Positions 1-9,325 of a DNA stretch of 26,191 nucleotides are shown here, piece by piece. The notes beneath the pieces were generated by a model that was not told the origin of the DNA, ran no database searches, and was given only the letters and a program-made list of their open reading frames with translations. Origin of the DNA: a virus. Its lineage: Duplodnaviria > Caudoviricetes. The stretch covers positions 1 through 26,191 of the IMG/VR virus record IMGVR_UViG_3300024251_000111; one strand, given 5' to 3'. A program made the position numbers and the translations under genes. The first letter of the stretch is position 1; every line of letters starts with the position of its first letter.

Positions 1-1
1 C

Positions 2-220
2 GGAGATAGCTCCCAGTTCACCAAAGGCACCGACACCTGCTCCGGCTCCATTGCCAACCTCGCCACCTGCACCACAGCCGTCACCTTCACCCCAACCACC
101 ACCGGCAACAAGGCAAGTAGCCTTGTATTCACCTACACGGGCGCACCGGGGTCGCCCATCACCGTCCCTTTAACGGGAACGGGCACCACCCATAAAGTCC
201 GAAAGGGAGTCATTCTGTAA
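2..220 (+). CDS. 3' end of a protein with an ASH/choice-of-anchor-D Ig-like domain (5'-partial)
   Basis: Frame from base 2 reads GDSSQFTKGTDTCSGSIANLATCTTAVTFTPTTTGNKASSLVFTYTGAPGSPITVPLTGTGTTHKVRKGVIL*; the C..C.V.F.P...G and P..V.L.G.G pattern fits ASH domains; not in the ORF track. Confidence 0.75.
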   Translation, partial: GDSSQFTKGTDTCSGSIANLATCTTAVTFTPTTTGNKASSLVFTYTGAPGSPITVPLTGTGTTHKVRKGVIL

Positions 221-226
221 TAAGTC

Positions 227-254
227 TTGACCTTAGTCAGCAATGGCTGAGAAT
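227..254 (+). promoter_or_regulatory. Putative sigma70-type promoter upstream of scaffold/capsid genes
   Basis: TTGACC-N16-GAGAAT in an AT-rich gap, overlapping inverted repeat TGAC-ctta-GTCA; GGAGG RBS before ATG 271. Confidence 0.45.
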
Positions 255-270
255 AACAAATGGAGGCCAC

Positions 271-1125
271 ATGGCCGACGAAGCAACTCTCAAAGACATC
301 ACCGCCTCTCCGAATCCTCCGGTCGCTGCCGACGCGAAGGAACCAGAGAAGCAACCTGAAGTCAGCACCGCTCCCGTCGTGGATGCGGAAGCTGCCGAGA
401 TTGGCCGCATCCTTTTGGATAGCGGTTACAACCGGACTCAGATTAATGACATGATGCAAGCACCTACGGCGCTCGCCTCTCTCCGTCATCTAATCACCGA
501 GAACCCACAGGAACTCATCAACCTCCTCGACCGCACCTCACCTGATGCCGCGAAAAAGCTACTCGACGTAGCTGCGGACACATACGTCAATCGGTACGGC
601 AAGGATGGCAATAGCAAGGGCAGCGACAAGAAAGACGGTAACTCTGAGTTGATGGCCGAAGTGGAAACTCTACGCACAGAGTTGAACTCCTTCCGCACTC
701 AGCGCGACCAAGAGAACGCCCGCATCGCAATGTCTCAAGTCAAGAGTCGATACGATGCGCGCGTCGAGGACCTCTTCAATCAACTCCCCAAGGACACCGG
801 GCTCACCAAAAGTGAGCAGAAGGCCCTGCGGGCGAGGGTTGACGCGGAACTCGCAGCGGACTCAGCAGTCGTGCAGCGAGTGTCGAACGGCAACTTTGTA
901 GACGTTCCCCACAAGTTCAAAGCCATCATCGACGAGTGGTCGTCCGACCGCAAGAGCGCGGCCCAAGCTGCCGAGGATCGGCGCAAGGGTATCACCTCGA
1001 ACGCGAGTCCTGAGTTCTCGAATGGCCCCAATCCCTTCATGCCCGCCAATAACGACTTCGCTGGCAGTTGGGACGACACAGAGGCGGCCTTCGCCAAGGC
1101 TCTGACACAGGTTCCTCGCAGCTAA
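271..1125 (+). CDS. Capsid scaffolding protein (putative)
   Basis: Acidic, helical/coiled-coil 284 aa directly upstream of the MCP, short C-terminal helix (DDTEAAFAKAL), GGAGG RBS. Confidence 0.7.
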   Translation: MADEATLKDITASPNPPVAADAKEPEKQPEVSTAPVVDAEAAEIGRILLDSGYNRTQINDMMQAPTALASLRHLITENPQELINLLDRTSPDAAKKLLDVAADTYVNRYGKDGNSKGSDKKDGNSELMAEVETLRTELNSFRTQRDQENARIAMSQVKSRYDARVEDLFNQLPKDTGLTKSEQKALRARVDAELAADSAVVQRVSNGNFVDVPHKFKAIIDEWSSDRKSAAQAAEDRRKGITSNASPEFSNGPNPFMPANNDFAGSWDDTEAAFAKALTQVPRS

Positions 1126-1138
1126 CTAGGAGGCCCAT

Positions 1139-2422
1139 ATGGGCGTATTCAACCTCACAGCGGCACAGCCGCTCATGAAGATTTATTTCAACCCGCGCAT
1201 CTCGAAGCAGTTCAATACTGCGGCGGTGTTGTGGAATCGCTACGCGGACGGGAAGGGTATTCCCATCTCTAACCGTGGCATGGAAATTCCGACTCACTTG
1301 CAGCCGAACGCCAATTTTGATTGGTTCAGCGATGGCGGAACTCTCCCGACCGGCGGGTCAGAATCATTAGCCAGCGCCCTCGTAGGGTTCTTCTCCTTTG
1401 TGGAAGCTGTCCAATTGACCGGCGCGGCCCTCGACTCTGCGGGCAACGACGCGACCACCTACGCTCGGGCGCTCGCGTTCAACATCAAAATGGCGACCAT
1501 CAACGCCATCAAGTACCTCAACATCTACGCCTTTCTCGACGGCTCTGGCATCCTTGCCAAAGTCGGCGCGGGCGTTACTCTATCCACCACCGTTAACACC
1601 ACAGTCAACGTGGCTGGCACCATCGAGAACGCCCACTATCTTCGCCCCGGCATGACCATCGCCTTCCAGACCGGCGTCACCTCAGTCGTGCGTGCCACCG
1701 CAACGATTGTGTCAATGTCGAACCCAATTGAAGATGCAAGCGGAACCCAGACCATTGTTGTAGGACCGGCCTCCTCGGCGGCTACACTGGTCACCGGCGA
1801 CGGTATCACAGTCACCGCCACCTCCGCCGCGTCCGACTCCTTCGGTAACGTCATCAGTGGTCTGGACCTCATCATCGACAACGGCACCGTCGCGACCACC
1901 TTCCAGAACATCAACCGCTCCACCAACCCTCAGTACAACGCGGGAGTCATCTCCCTCTCCTCATCCCCCGCGCTGGCTCGTGACTACTTGCGCCGGATGC
2001 TCGCCACCGTCCAGATTCTCCAAGGACGTGTGAGCCCGTCGCTTGAGTTCATCTCCCACCCCGCCCAACTCCACGCCTACATGGACATGGGCTGGACCCT
2101 AAAGCGTTTCAACGACGCCAACAAAAAGCTGGACCTCGGCTTCACCGCCGTCGAATGGGAAGGCTTCCCGTGGATCGTTGACACCGACTGCCAGAAGGAC
2201 CGCCTCTACGCCGTAGATCGCGACCTTCTGTTCAAGGTCATCGCCCGCGAACTATCCTTCGACGACCGCACGGGTTCCATCCTCCGTCAGGTGCCAGCCG
2301 CGACCGCAGGCCAGTACACCGACGCCTTCGTTGCCTTCCTCATCTTCCGTGGGAATTTGGGAACATATATTCCAAATGCCCACGTCAAACTGTTGGGACT
2401 CGGCGTCCCGACCGGATACTAA
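1139..2422 (+). CDS. Major capsid protein (HK97 fold with insertion domain)
   Basis: 427 aa after the scaffold, AGGAGG RBS; patterns DGGTLP, GDGSG-like (LDGSG), GLDLIID..TFQNINRS, LDLGFTAVEWEGFPWIVDTDC; Thr/Val-rich insertion. Confidence 0.85.
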   Translation: MGVFNLTAAQPLMKIYFNPRISKQFNTAAVLWNRYADGKGIPISNRGMEIPTHLQPNANFDWFSDGGTLPTGGSESLASALVGFFSFVEAVQLTGAALDSAGNDATTYARALAFNIKMATINAIKYLNIYAFLDGSGILAKVGAGVTLSTTVNTTVNVAGTIENAHYLRPGMTIAFQTGVTSVVRATATIVSMSNPIEDASGTQTIVVGPASSAATLVTGDGITVTATSAASDSFGNVISGLDLIIDNGTVATTFQNINRSTNPQYNAGVISLSSSPALARDYLRRMLATVQILQGRVSPSLEFISHPAQLHAYMDMGWTLKRFNDANKKLDLGFTAVEWEGFPWIVDTDCQKDRLYAVDRDLLFKVIARELSFDDRTGSILRQVPAATAGQYTDAFVAFLIFRGNLGTYIPNAHVKLLGLGVPTGY

Positions 2423-2431
2423 GGAGACACG

Positions 2432-2674
2432 ATGCCCGGCACAATCCTAGCAGTCACTCTCGTAACCTTGAAGCTGGCGAACGGTGACGTTCTTCTCACG
2501 TTCCAGTCTCCCTCTGGAACGGAGAAGTTCGTCATCGCCATGCCCTCCGCTGACGTTACCTCCCTAAACACAACCACGAATGGTGGGTCCACTGGTGCGA
2601 CTCAAACATTCGTGTACGGTCAGGATGCCAACAAGGCCGACTACCCGACCTCGTACTTCCAGAAGGAGACCTAA
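2432..2674 (+). CDS. Small virion-associated hypothetical protein
   Basis: AAGGAG RBS, directly after the MCP, 80 aa. Confidence 0.7.
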   Translation: MPGTILAVTLVTLKLANGDVLLTFQSPSGTEKFVIAMPSADVTSLNTTTNGGSTGATQTFVYGQDANKADYPTSYFQKET

Positions 2675-2827
2675 ATGCCCGACCTCAATGAGGAACTCTA
2701 CGGCGCAGACCCGAAGGGGGCCGCCGACGCTATCGAAACCAAACTGAGTGTGCCTACGCCAACGCTTGACGTTCACGGTGAGTCCGACTCCCGTGCGACG
2801 AGCGAAGGCAACCACGGGAAGGCATAA
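2675..2827 (+). CDS. Small acidic protein, 50 aa (below ORF-track cutoff)
   Basis: AAGGAGA RBS; MPDLNEELYGADPKG...ATSEGNHGKA*; fills the gap exactly; resembles 3230..3475. Confidence 0.75.
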   Translation: MPDLNEELYGADPKGAADAIETKLSVPTPTLDVHGESDSRATSEGNHGKA

Positions 2828-2829
2828 CG

Positions 2830-3177
2830 ATGGGTGCCACCTTAGTCGCACGCTACCCTGGCATTGGCGGTGAGGATCAGCACCTCATCGCCTTCGTCGG
2901 TGACACCTCCTACCCCACCGGGGGCTACATCGTCAACGCAGCCTCCTTCTCATTCAACGCCTTCGCTCCCGATGGCCTCGGCACCGGCCTCCCACCGACC
3001 GTGGGCGCGTACTGGATCGTGGGCCAAACCAACACCGGCACTACCGGCAACTATGATATTCAGTTGAATCCGGTGAACGGTCGCCTTCAGTTCTTCGTCT
3101 CATCGACGGGGGCCGAAGTCGCCAACGGAGTCGATGTAAGTGCCCAAGGTGCTATTCTTGCGGCTTATGGCCACTAA
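2830..3177 (+). CDS. Putative capsid decoration protein
   Basis: 115 aa beta-rich, GDTSYPTGGY and EVANGVDVS motifs typical of small head proteins next to MCPs; position. Confidence 0.5.
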   Translation: MGATLVARYPGIGGEDQHLIAFVGDTSYPTGGYIVNAASFSFNAFAPDGLGTGLPPTVGAYWIVGQTNTGTTGNYDIQLNPVNGRLQFFVSSTGAEVANGVDVSAQGAILAAYGH

Positions 3178-3182
3178 CCCGC

Positions 3183-3195
3183 CCGTTTAAACGGC
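3183..3195. repeat. GTTTAAAC-core palindromic motif copy 1 (intergenic, in an extended hairpin 3179-3197)
   Basis: CCGTTTAAACGGC. Confidence 0.85.
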
Positions 3196-3229
3196 GGACG
3201 ACGCTTCAGGTCTAATGGGTGCGAACAGT

Positions 3230-3475
3230 ATGCCAAAGCTAGACTACAACATCTATGGAACAGACGACTGCGGGTTCGCCAACGGTGTCTCCTCTGGTGC
3301 TTTGGCGGACCCCTCTCCCGACACAGCCATCTCCGCCGATGCCATCTCGCGTGGCTCAGAGGGGAAGCGCCTCGACGGTACTGAGGACAAGACTCCCCTA
3401 GCCAAAGAGCCCAATCCCCCTTTCGAGAAGATCGGCAATAAAAGCGGCAAAGCCGAGTCCAAGGGCAACCACTAA
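3230..3475 (+). CDS. Small hydrophilic protein (alternative start 3215)
   Basis: MPKLDYNIYGTDDCG...AESKGNH*; TAATG coupling to the next gene. Confidence 0.65.
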   Translation: MPKLDYNIYGTDDCGFANGVSSGALADPSPDTAISADAISRGSEGKRLDGTEDKTPLAKEPNPPFEKIGNKSGKAESKGNH

Positions 3476-3867
3476 TGGCCTCCGCTCCTGTATTCCCCAC
3501 CGTCTCCCTCACCCGTGGGCGTGCTGCCAACCTTGGCTCCCTTGCCGCCAACACTGACGTGGTTCAATTTTCGTTGGCACAGGAGATGCACACCCCCAAC
3601 GGCCTAGAATGCCTCACTATTCAGACAGTGGGCGGCACGATTACAGCGGGCCTCGAAGCCTCTATCGACGGCGGCACCACTTGGTTCGGTGTGCTTCCGC
3701 GTGCAGCTACGGGGACTGCTCCCAACTTCTCCCTCACCACTCTCAACTCCGACACCGCCGCGACCTCCGCCAACTCCTATGACGTATCATCGCTACAGGC
3801 GGGCGCGACGTTTCGCTTCGGCGGGCGCAGCGCGAGCACAGTAGTCGTGTGGGCGCTCTTTTCGTAG
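3475..3867 (+). CDS. Beta-sandwich virion protein (head spike/decoration-like)
   Basis: 130 aa beta-rich with Asp-box-like EASIDGGTTW; coupled. Confidence 0.55.
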   Translation: MASAPVFPTVSLTRGRAANLGSLAANTDVVQFSLAQEMHTPNGLECLTIQTVGGTITAGLEASIDGGTTWFGVLPRAATGTAPNFSLTTLNSDTAATSANSYDVSSLQAGATFRFGGRSASTVVVWALFS

Positions 3868-3870
3868 ACA

Positions 3871-4158
3871 ATGGATTCCCCCGACAAATACGGCAGCGAA
3901 GAGGGATGGCGAGCAGCCTCCCACGACTCCCGTCGCCACGAGAAGCACAAGGATATCAAGGCGCTAATCGACCGCCAAATTGTCAACCAGCAGCGCATCG
4001 AGCAGGAGCACAACGACAAATTCATGGATGACCTCATTGAGTGTGCCGGGCCGGTGGTGTATGCTGGATTGGACAAGAAGGGCCACGCGGTAGGTGCTAC
4101 CAAGGACTCCCGCTACCGCAATAATTTCGACCGTTGGATTCAGTCTCTAGGAGAATAA
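3871..4158 (+). CDS. Hypothetical protein
   Basis: 95 aa ORF tiling the late operon. Confidence 0.65.
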   Translation: MDSPDKYGSEEGWRAASHDSRRHEKHKDIKALIDRQIVNQQRIEQEHNDKFMDDLIECAGPVVYAGLDKKGHAVGATKDSRYRNNFDRWIQSLGE

Positions 4159-4160
4159 CG

Positions 4161-4742
4161 ATGTCTTACTGGCTCTATTCAGTTGAATCATTTCCCCATC
4201 AGGACCTCATCGGGAAGGCTGGCTACACGCCCGAGTATCTTCAACACTCGGGAATCCAACTCACCGTAAAGGGTGGGGAGTGGATGGAGTTGCCGAGCAA
4301 CTGGACAAATGTGATGCACCGAGACTGGATGGATCGCAAGGGCACTCGCGAGCGCATCCTCGTCGAGGACATTGTGAAAGCCGTCGTGGCCTCTAAGCCC
4401 GGTCGCGGCCTCGTCATCCTCGACCACGAACCCTCCGCCAGCGAGAAGGCGAAGGTTGAGAAGCAGGCCGAGGAAGCCAACCGCGCCCATCGCATGAAAG
4501 CCGTCGAGTGGTATGAGAATCAAGTCACCGAGAAGCAGGTCACGGGGCATGGACGCACCAACCCCACGCCCTACGAGGACGAGTGCTACACCCTATTGGG
4601 GCTGACGAAGCCCTACTCGGTGGAAGCGATGCGCGCGCAGCGCCACCCCGGCGAAGCAGTCGGTGAGCAAATCGTGGCCGCCCTCGACCGCCTCGACAAG
4701 CGCCGCGCCACCGAAGCAGCGAAGTCCGCACCCGAGAAGTAA
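4161..4742 (+). CDS. Hypothetical protein
   Basis: AGGAGA RBS supports ATG 4161 (MSYWLYS) rather than 4134. Confidence 0.7.
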   Translation: MSYWLYSVESFPHQDLIGKAGYTPEYLQHSGIQLTVKGGEWMELPSNWTNVMHRDWMDRKGTRERILVEDIVKAVVASKPGRGLVILDHEPSASEKAKVEKQAEEANRAHRMKAVEWYENQVTEKQVTGHGRTNPTPYEDECYTLLGLTKPYSVEAMRAQRHPGEAVGEQIVAALDRLDKRRATEAAKSAPEK

Positions 4743-4763
4743 CCCTGATGGAGAGGAGTCACA

Positions 4764-5849
4764 ATGCGAAAACTGCTACTGTTAATTGGGCTCCTTCTTC
4801 CTTCGCTTGCCTTCGCCCAAGGGTCCCGGCTTGATGGAGTGGTGCAGGGCCTAAACGGTCCCATCCCCAACCAGTTCATCGCCGTCTGTGACCAACCGGC
4901 CAACATCACCACGACCCCCTGCTCTACCCTATCCACCCTCTACACCGACACGACCCTCCTCACCCCCGCGCCCAATCCCATCCAAGCCGACTTCTTCGGC
5001 AACTTCCACTTCTACGCCCCCGTGGGGAAATATACGTTGCAAACGTATGGCCCCCAGATTCAGACGCCTTATGTTCAGCGGGACATCATCCTCCCTTGCG
5101 ACCCAACCAACTGCGTCCTCGGCACTCTCACGGTCAACATAATCAACTTCGGCACCCTCATCCACAATAGTAATTTCGTCGCTGCCACTGGAACGATACG
5201 GTTGCAGCACGACGATAGCATCTGCTGGCGGAACTTCGCCCACAGTGGCGACCTCTGCCTCACCGTGGACAATAGCGACGCCATTCAATTCCCCGGCGGC
5301 TTTGGTGGAGGTGGGGGCGGCGGCACCACTGTCACCGTCAACGGCGCGGGCGTTACTCCCACTCTCAACCTCAACGATACCTTACCCGTCGCCACGGCCA
5401 ACCACCTCAACCTTGGGTGGCAGTACAGCGCAGGCAACGCCTCGGTCCAAGTGCCCATCACCGGCAACGGGACGAAGGTGTGTTCAGTGACGGGTGCTCT
5501 CACCACAGGGCACTCAATCGTAGTAGACGCCTCGGGCAACTGTGTGGACAGTGGCTCCGCTCCTTCCTCCGCCATTCAAGCGGTTACTGTTACCGGCTGC
5601 ACGGTGGGCGCTGGCACCTACAATGAATGCACCGTAACCTCGGGCGCGGTGTGGTCCCCGGCCTTCGCCTCCAACGCCTATAAGTTGGTATGCACGGCAA
5701 ACGGAACCACAAACTCAGGAGGCTCAAAGCAGTCCTATATCATCTACGAGACATCGAAATCGACGACCGGCTTCACCCTGACGATGCAGAATAACCGAGG
5801 CTCGACGCCCATCTCAGCGGTGCCCATTGATTGCATAGCGGTGCCCTAA
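4764..5849 (+). CDS. Tail fibre/receptor-binding-like protein with N-terminal Sec signal peptide
   Basis: MRKLLLLIGLLLPSLAFA/Q; LYTD..PNPIQADFFGNFHFYAPVGKYTL virion-attachment-like domain; poly-G linker; C-terminal PAF...Y...KSTTGFTL H-lectin/gp53-like domain. Confidence 0.7.
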   Translation: MRKLLLLIGLLLPSLAFAQGSRLDGVVQGLNGPIPNQFIAVCDQPANITTTPCSTLSTLYTDTTLLTPAPNPIQADFFGNFHFYAPVGKYTLQTYGPQIQTPYVQRDIILPCDPTNCVLGTLTVNIINFGTLIHNSNFVAATGTIRLQHDDSICWRNFAHSGDLCLTVDNSDAIQFPGGFGGGGGGGTTVTVNGAGVTPTLNLNDTLPVATANHLNLGWQYSAGNASVQVPITGNGTKVCSVTGALTTGHSIVVDASGNCVDSGSAPSSAIQAVTVTGCTVGAGTYNECTVTSGAVWSPAFASNAYKLVCTANGTTNSGGSKQSYIIYETSKSTTGFTLTMQNNRGSTPISAVPIDCIAVP

Positions 5850-6850
5850 TGCCTGTAGTCCAAACCATTCCGCCCCTCCTCTCCCCACCCACTAATATCT
5901 TTGGGCTATACCAATACCTCGCCCAGCGTATCCCCGGCTACGACCCGAGTGAGTATGTGCGTGAGTTGAACAGCGCGTACATCCACGTGTGGGAAGAAAT
6001 CAGCAAACTCAAGAACCACTACTTCTCCAACACGGTGCAAGTGACCGTCCTCAAGGCCCAGTTCACCTATGACTTCCAGTTCAACGCCGACGCTGCCCTC
6101 TCAGCGCCCGTGAGTTCCCGCCTCTATCAAGTCACTCGCATTCGTGTGCTACCGCCTGCCGCTGGCCTTTTCCAAGGCACCCGTTCCCTCTCCCCGACCG
6201 ACCCCGAGTTCATTGGCCTCTCCGCCAACCCAACCTCCGCCCCCACGCAAACCGGCCCCTACTATTGGTACATGAACGGTCGTAACCAATGCACATGGGG
6301 CCTCCCCCTCGCCATCGGCACCGTCATTGAGGTGGTGTACACGTTCTGGCCCCTCGCCCTCACCTTCCTCACCCAAGGCACCGTCTCCTCGACGGGGACA
6401 GTCGTAACCGGACTGGGTACAAATTTTACTCAACTATTGCAGCCCGACTTCCAAGCCTCCCAGCCCACCACTACCGGAGGCCAAGAGCAACTCCAAGTCG
6501 AACTAGTCTGCAATGGAAATCAAGTCTACCGTGTGGGAACCATCACTTCCGACACCATTCTTACCACTGCATCCACCATCAACCCTGCCCTTGCCAACGG
6601 CTCTCAATATGTGGTGGGTGCCCTTCCCGAGATAGCCCGTGAGCACATCCGCGTCATCGCCTCCGTTGCCACCGCCAAAATGTACAGCATTGCGGGCGAC
6701 GACACTCGCCAGCAGGAGTGGCTTGGCGTAGCCGCGTCCAACATGCAGATGATGAAAGATTCCCTAATAGAGAGGCAATCGAACAATCCGGCCCAGAAGC
6801 AACGGTTCCCCTATGGCATTGGCCGCCGGAACCGATTGTTCATGAGATAA
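5849..6850 (+). CDS. Head-tail adaptor (tubular protein A-like) with inserted beta domain
   Basis: TAATG-coupled start; helical termini (ELNSAYIHVWEEI; PEIAREHIRVIASVATAKMY..GDD) around beta domains; precedes the nozzle. Confidence 0.6.
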   Translation: MPVVQTIPPLLSPPTNIFGLYQYLAQRIPGYDPSEYVRELNSAYIHVWEEISKLKNHYFSNTVQVTVLKAQFTYDFQFNADAALSAPVSSRLYQVTRIRVLPPAAGLFQGTRSLSPTDPEFIGLSANPTSAPTQTGPYYWYMNGRNQCTWGLPLAIGTVIEVVYTFWPLALTFLTQGTVSSTGTVVTGLGTNFTQLLQPDFQASQPTTTGGQEQLQVELVCNGNQVYRVGTITSDTILTTASTINPALANGSQYVVGALPEIAREHIRVIASVATAKMYSIAGDDTRQQEWLGVAASNMQMMKDSLIERQSNNPAQKQRFPYGIGRRNRLFMR

Positions 6851-6851
6851 C

Positions 6852-9308
6852 ATGGGCCAGACCCCCACACAACAGACATCTCCGGCTGAGGTCATTGCCT
6901 CCATCAACCTAGGCTATAACGCTTACACTGATCCTACCCTCACCACCGCCCGGCAATGGGCATCGTCGAGCAATGTATTCGCGGGGGCATTCGGCTTTGT
7001 CCAGCGGTGCCGCTTCGCCAACGTAGTCACCACAGCCACCAATGCTTATAGCGCCTCCGGTGCGCCCTTCCTCTCCCTCAAATTCGCCGCCCTCCCCGCC
7101 CTCGGCAACTACCTATTAGGTGATGTGGGCACAAAGATGTGGTCCTTCGACACGGGCGCAGCCTACAGCGCGACCGCTCGCCCTGAACTTCTCGCCGCCG
7201 TCCCCGGTATCTCCTACGCTGGCCCGTGGTCCCGTGAGTTCCTCCAAAACGCTATCTACGAGATGAACGGTGTGGTGAAACAGGCGGGCCGCAATGCCAA
7301 CTTTGCGTTGGTGCAGGACTGGGGCATCGACGCCCCCGATACCTCCCCGCAGGTCACCATCAACGCCGGGGCCACCGCCGCCATTACCAACATTCAACGC
7401 ACCGACGGCACCGTCATCGTTAACCTCGCTGCCCCCCTCACTGTCCCCGGTGGGGATGGCATTGGCATGGTGAACGTCTCGGGCGTCACTGACACCTCCT
7501 TCAACGGCACCTTCGTCGTGCTCACCGGGAGTGGCACCACCATCCTGACATGGACCCAAGCGGGCCAGAACACCGGGGCCATCGCGGCGGGTAACGTAGA
7601 CGTATCCATCACCAAGTCAGTAGGTAGGAGCTACGCATGGGCATGGGAGAACGTGAACGATTCCCATATCTCCGCGCCCTCCCCATCTACTCAATTTATT
7701 CAATATGTGGTACAGAATGGTGTGATCGATCTAATCGAACAGGGCACAGTAACAGTGGCGGGAACCAACGTCATCGGCGTCGGTACATCATTCAGCCCCG
7801 CGTGGGTAGGCAAGAACCTCTGGATTGATGGCACCGGCGCACAGCCCCAGATCATCGCCGTCATCTCCGCCACCCAAATGACTCTCGCCACCCCTAGTGG
7901 AGGCTCTGGTGCATTCACCGTCTACGACCCCCAATCAACTAACATTAGGCTATACCAGACGGCGGACGGCGGCGCGACCTACTTCAGGGTGCAGCGAAAC
8001 GCGTTTGATCCTAGCCAAACCACCCTAGTGGCGGCGGGGCTTGAGTTTTTCGACAACGCGCAAGCCGAACCCCCCAACTTCCCTTTCACGACTGAAACCT
8101 CGCAACTCTTTAATGTGCCGCCGCCCGTTGGTCGTTTTGTAAAGGAGTATCAGGGGCGCTTGATTGTCTACGGTGTGCCCGGCCTCGGCCAGACTTTCTT
8201 CTATAGTAACAATGAGCTTACCAACTTCGGCCTTCCCCAAGAGTCGTTTGCGCCGCTTAATCAAGTTACCCTCCCCATTCAGAATGCCGACATCAACGGT
8301 ATGGCTGAGTTCCCCGGCTCACTTATCATATGGTCCGACAAGCAGGATATGTTCCGCCTCACTGGGTTACTATCTGATAATAGCACCGCGACCGCGACGC
8401 AGCAGGGAGCGCAGATTGCCGCGCTGCCCTATAACCTTGGATGCGCGTCACCGTTTAGCGTTGCCTTAACCCCACTGGGAGCTATATGGGTGACGACGAA
8501 TGCCGAGATATGGCTCTACACTGACCGTTACGCCCCGCGTAACATTGGCCGCCCCGTACAGGACATCCTCAGTAACATCCCCTCCGCCCAGCTTAGCCAA
8601 TGCCGAGGCGCGTACTATCACACGCAAAATAGGAACTGGTATGTGCTCTCGGTGGCGAACGGCGCGACCAACAACATACTGTTGGTGCTCGACCTCGACC
8701 TCCTCGCCGCCAATGGCTCCCCCAGCTACTTCGTATTCGATATGGCCACCAACCAACCCGCATGGTTCCGCTTCGACATTCCCTGCACGTGGGCGGAGCC
8801 CGTGTACGAGACAGGCGGAGCGGTCAGACTAATGCTCACCGGGATCAACGATGTTATCCAAGACACCGACTACATGACTGGCCTGTTCGGCACGGAGGTA
8901 GAGGTCCCCGACGCGGGATTCACCACGCACGCATGGGGGAACGATTCAGCGTTCATGCTCAAGCGCCCCTCGTGGTTCCGCTTCCAGACCAACCAAGAGC
9001 CTCAGCTACTCTCTCTACAAGGGTGGTCATTCCAAACACAGGGGATCGACGACGACGTATATACATTCGCGTTCCCACTAAAGTTGACACACACTCCCGG
9101 CGTCAACGACACGGCGACATTGTGCGGCAACCCCTTCCTCGCTAAGGGGGAACCCTTCCGTTTCTCGCCCGAGTTATACAGGGTGGGAGGAGTAAATTTC
9201 GTAATGGGCCGCCGCTTCAGGTTCGTGGTCAACTTTCCCAAACTGATAGGGGTGAACTATCAGTTCCGCTCCATCCAAATCGGATTCGGCTCGACTCCAC
9301 CAAGATGA
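6852..9308 (+). CDS. Tail nozzle/tubular protein B-like beta-propeller (P22 gp10/T7 gp12 analog)
   Basis: 818 aa; YQGRLIVYG, FFYSN..PQESF, LGCASPFSVALTPLGAIWV, IGRPVQ propeller-type motifs; position. Confidence 0.65.
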   Translation: MGQTPTQQTSPAEVIASINLGYNAYTDPTLTTARQWASSSNVFAGAFGFVQRCRFANVVTTATNAYSASGAPFLSLKFAALPALGNYLLGDVGTKMWSFDTGAAYSATARPELLAAVPGISYAGPWSREFLQNAIYEMNGVVKQAGRNANFALVQDWGIDAPDTSPQVTINAGATAAITNIQRTDGTVIVNLAAPLTVPGGDGIGMVNVSGVTDTSFNGTFVVLTGSGTTILTWTQAGQNTGAIAAGNVDVSITKSVGRSYAWAWENVNDSHISAPSPSTQFIQYVVQNGVIDLIEQGTVTVAGTNVIGVGTSFSPAWVGKNLWIDGTGAQPQIIAVISATQMTLATPSGGSGAFTVYDPQSTNIRLYQTADGGATYFRVQRNAFDPSQTTLVAAGLEFFDNAQAEPPNFPFTTETSQLFNVPPPVGRFVKEYQGRLIVYGVPGLGQTFFYSNNELTNFGLPQESFAPLNQVTLPIQNADINGMAEFPGSLIIWSDKQDMFRLTGLLSDNSTATATQQGAQIAALPYNLGCASPFSVALTPLGAIWVTTNAEIWLYTDRYAPRNIGRPVQDILSNIPSAQLSQCRGAYYHTQNRNWYVLSVANGATNNILLVLDLDLLAANGSPSYFVFDMATNQPAWFRFDIPCTWAEPVYETGGAVRLMLTGINDVIQDTDYMTGLFGTEVEVPDAGFTTHAWGNDSAFMLKRPSWFRFQTNQEPQLLSLQGWSFQTQGIDDDVYTFAFPLKLTHTPGVNDTATLCGNPFLAKGEPFRFSPELYRVGGVNFVMGRRFRFVVNFPKLIGVNYQFRSIQIGFGSTPPR

Positions 9309-9325
9309 CGAGGTAAACTTAGGTC

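Noticed and set aside
5295-5325. Poly-Gly GGN runs (also near 14423-14446) as DNA-level repeats
   Set aside because: Ordinary flexible linkers with mixed codons
4764-5849. Diversity-generating retroelement target
   Set aside because: No reverse transcriptase and no template/variable repeat pair seen in the window
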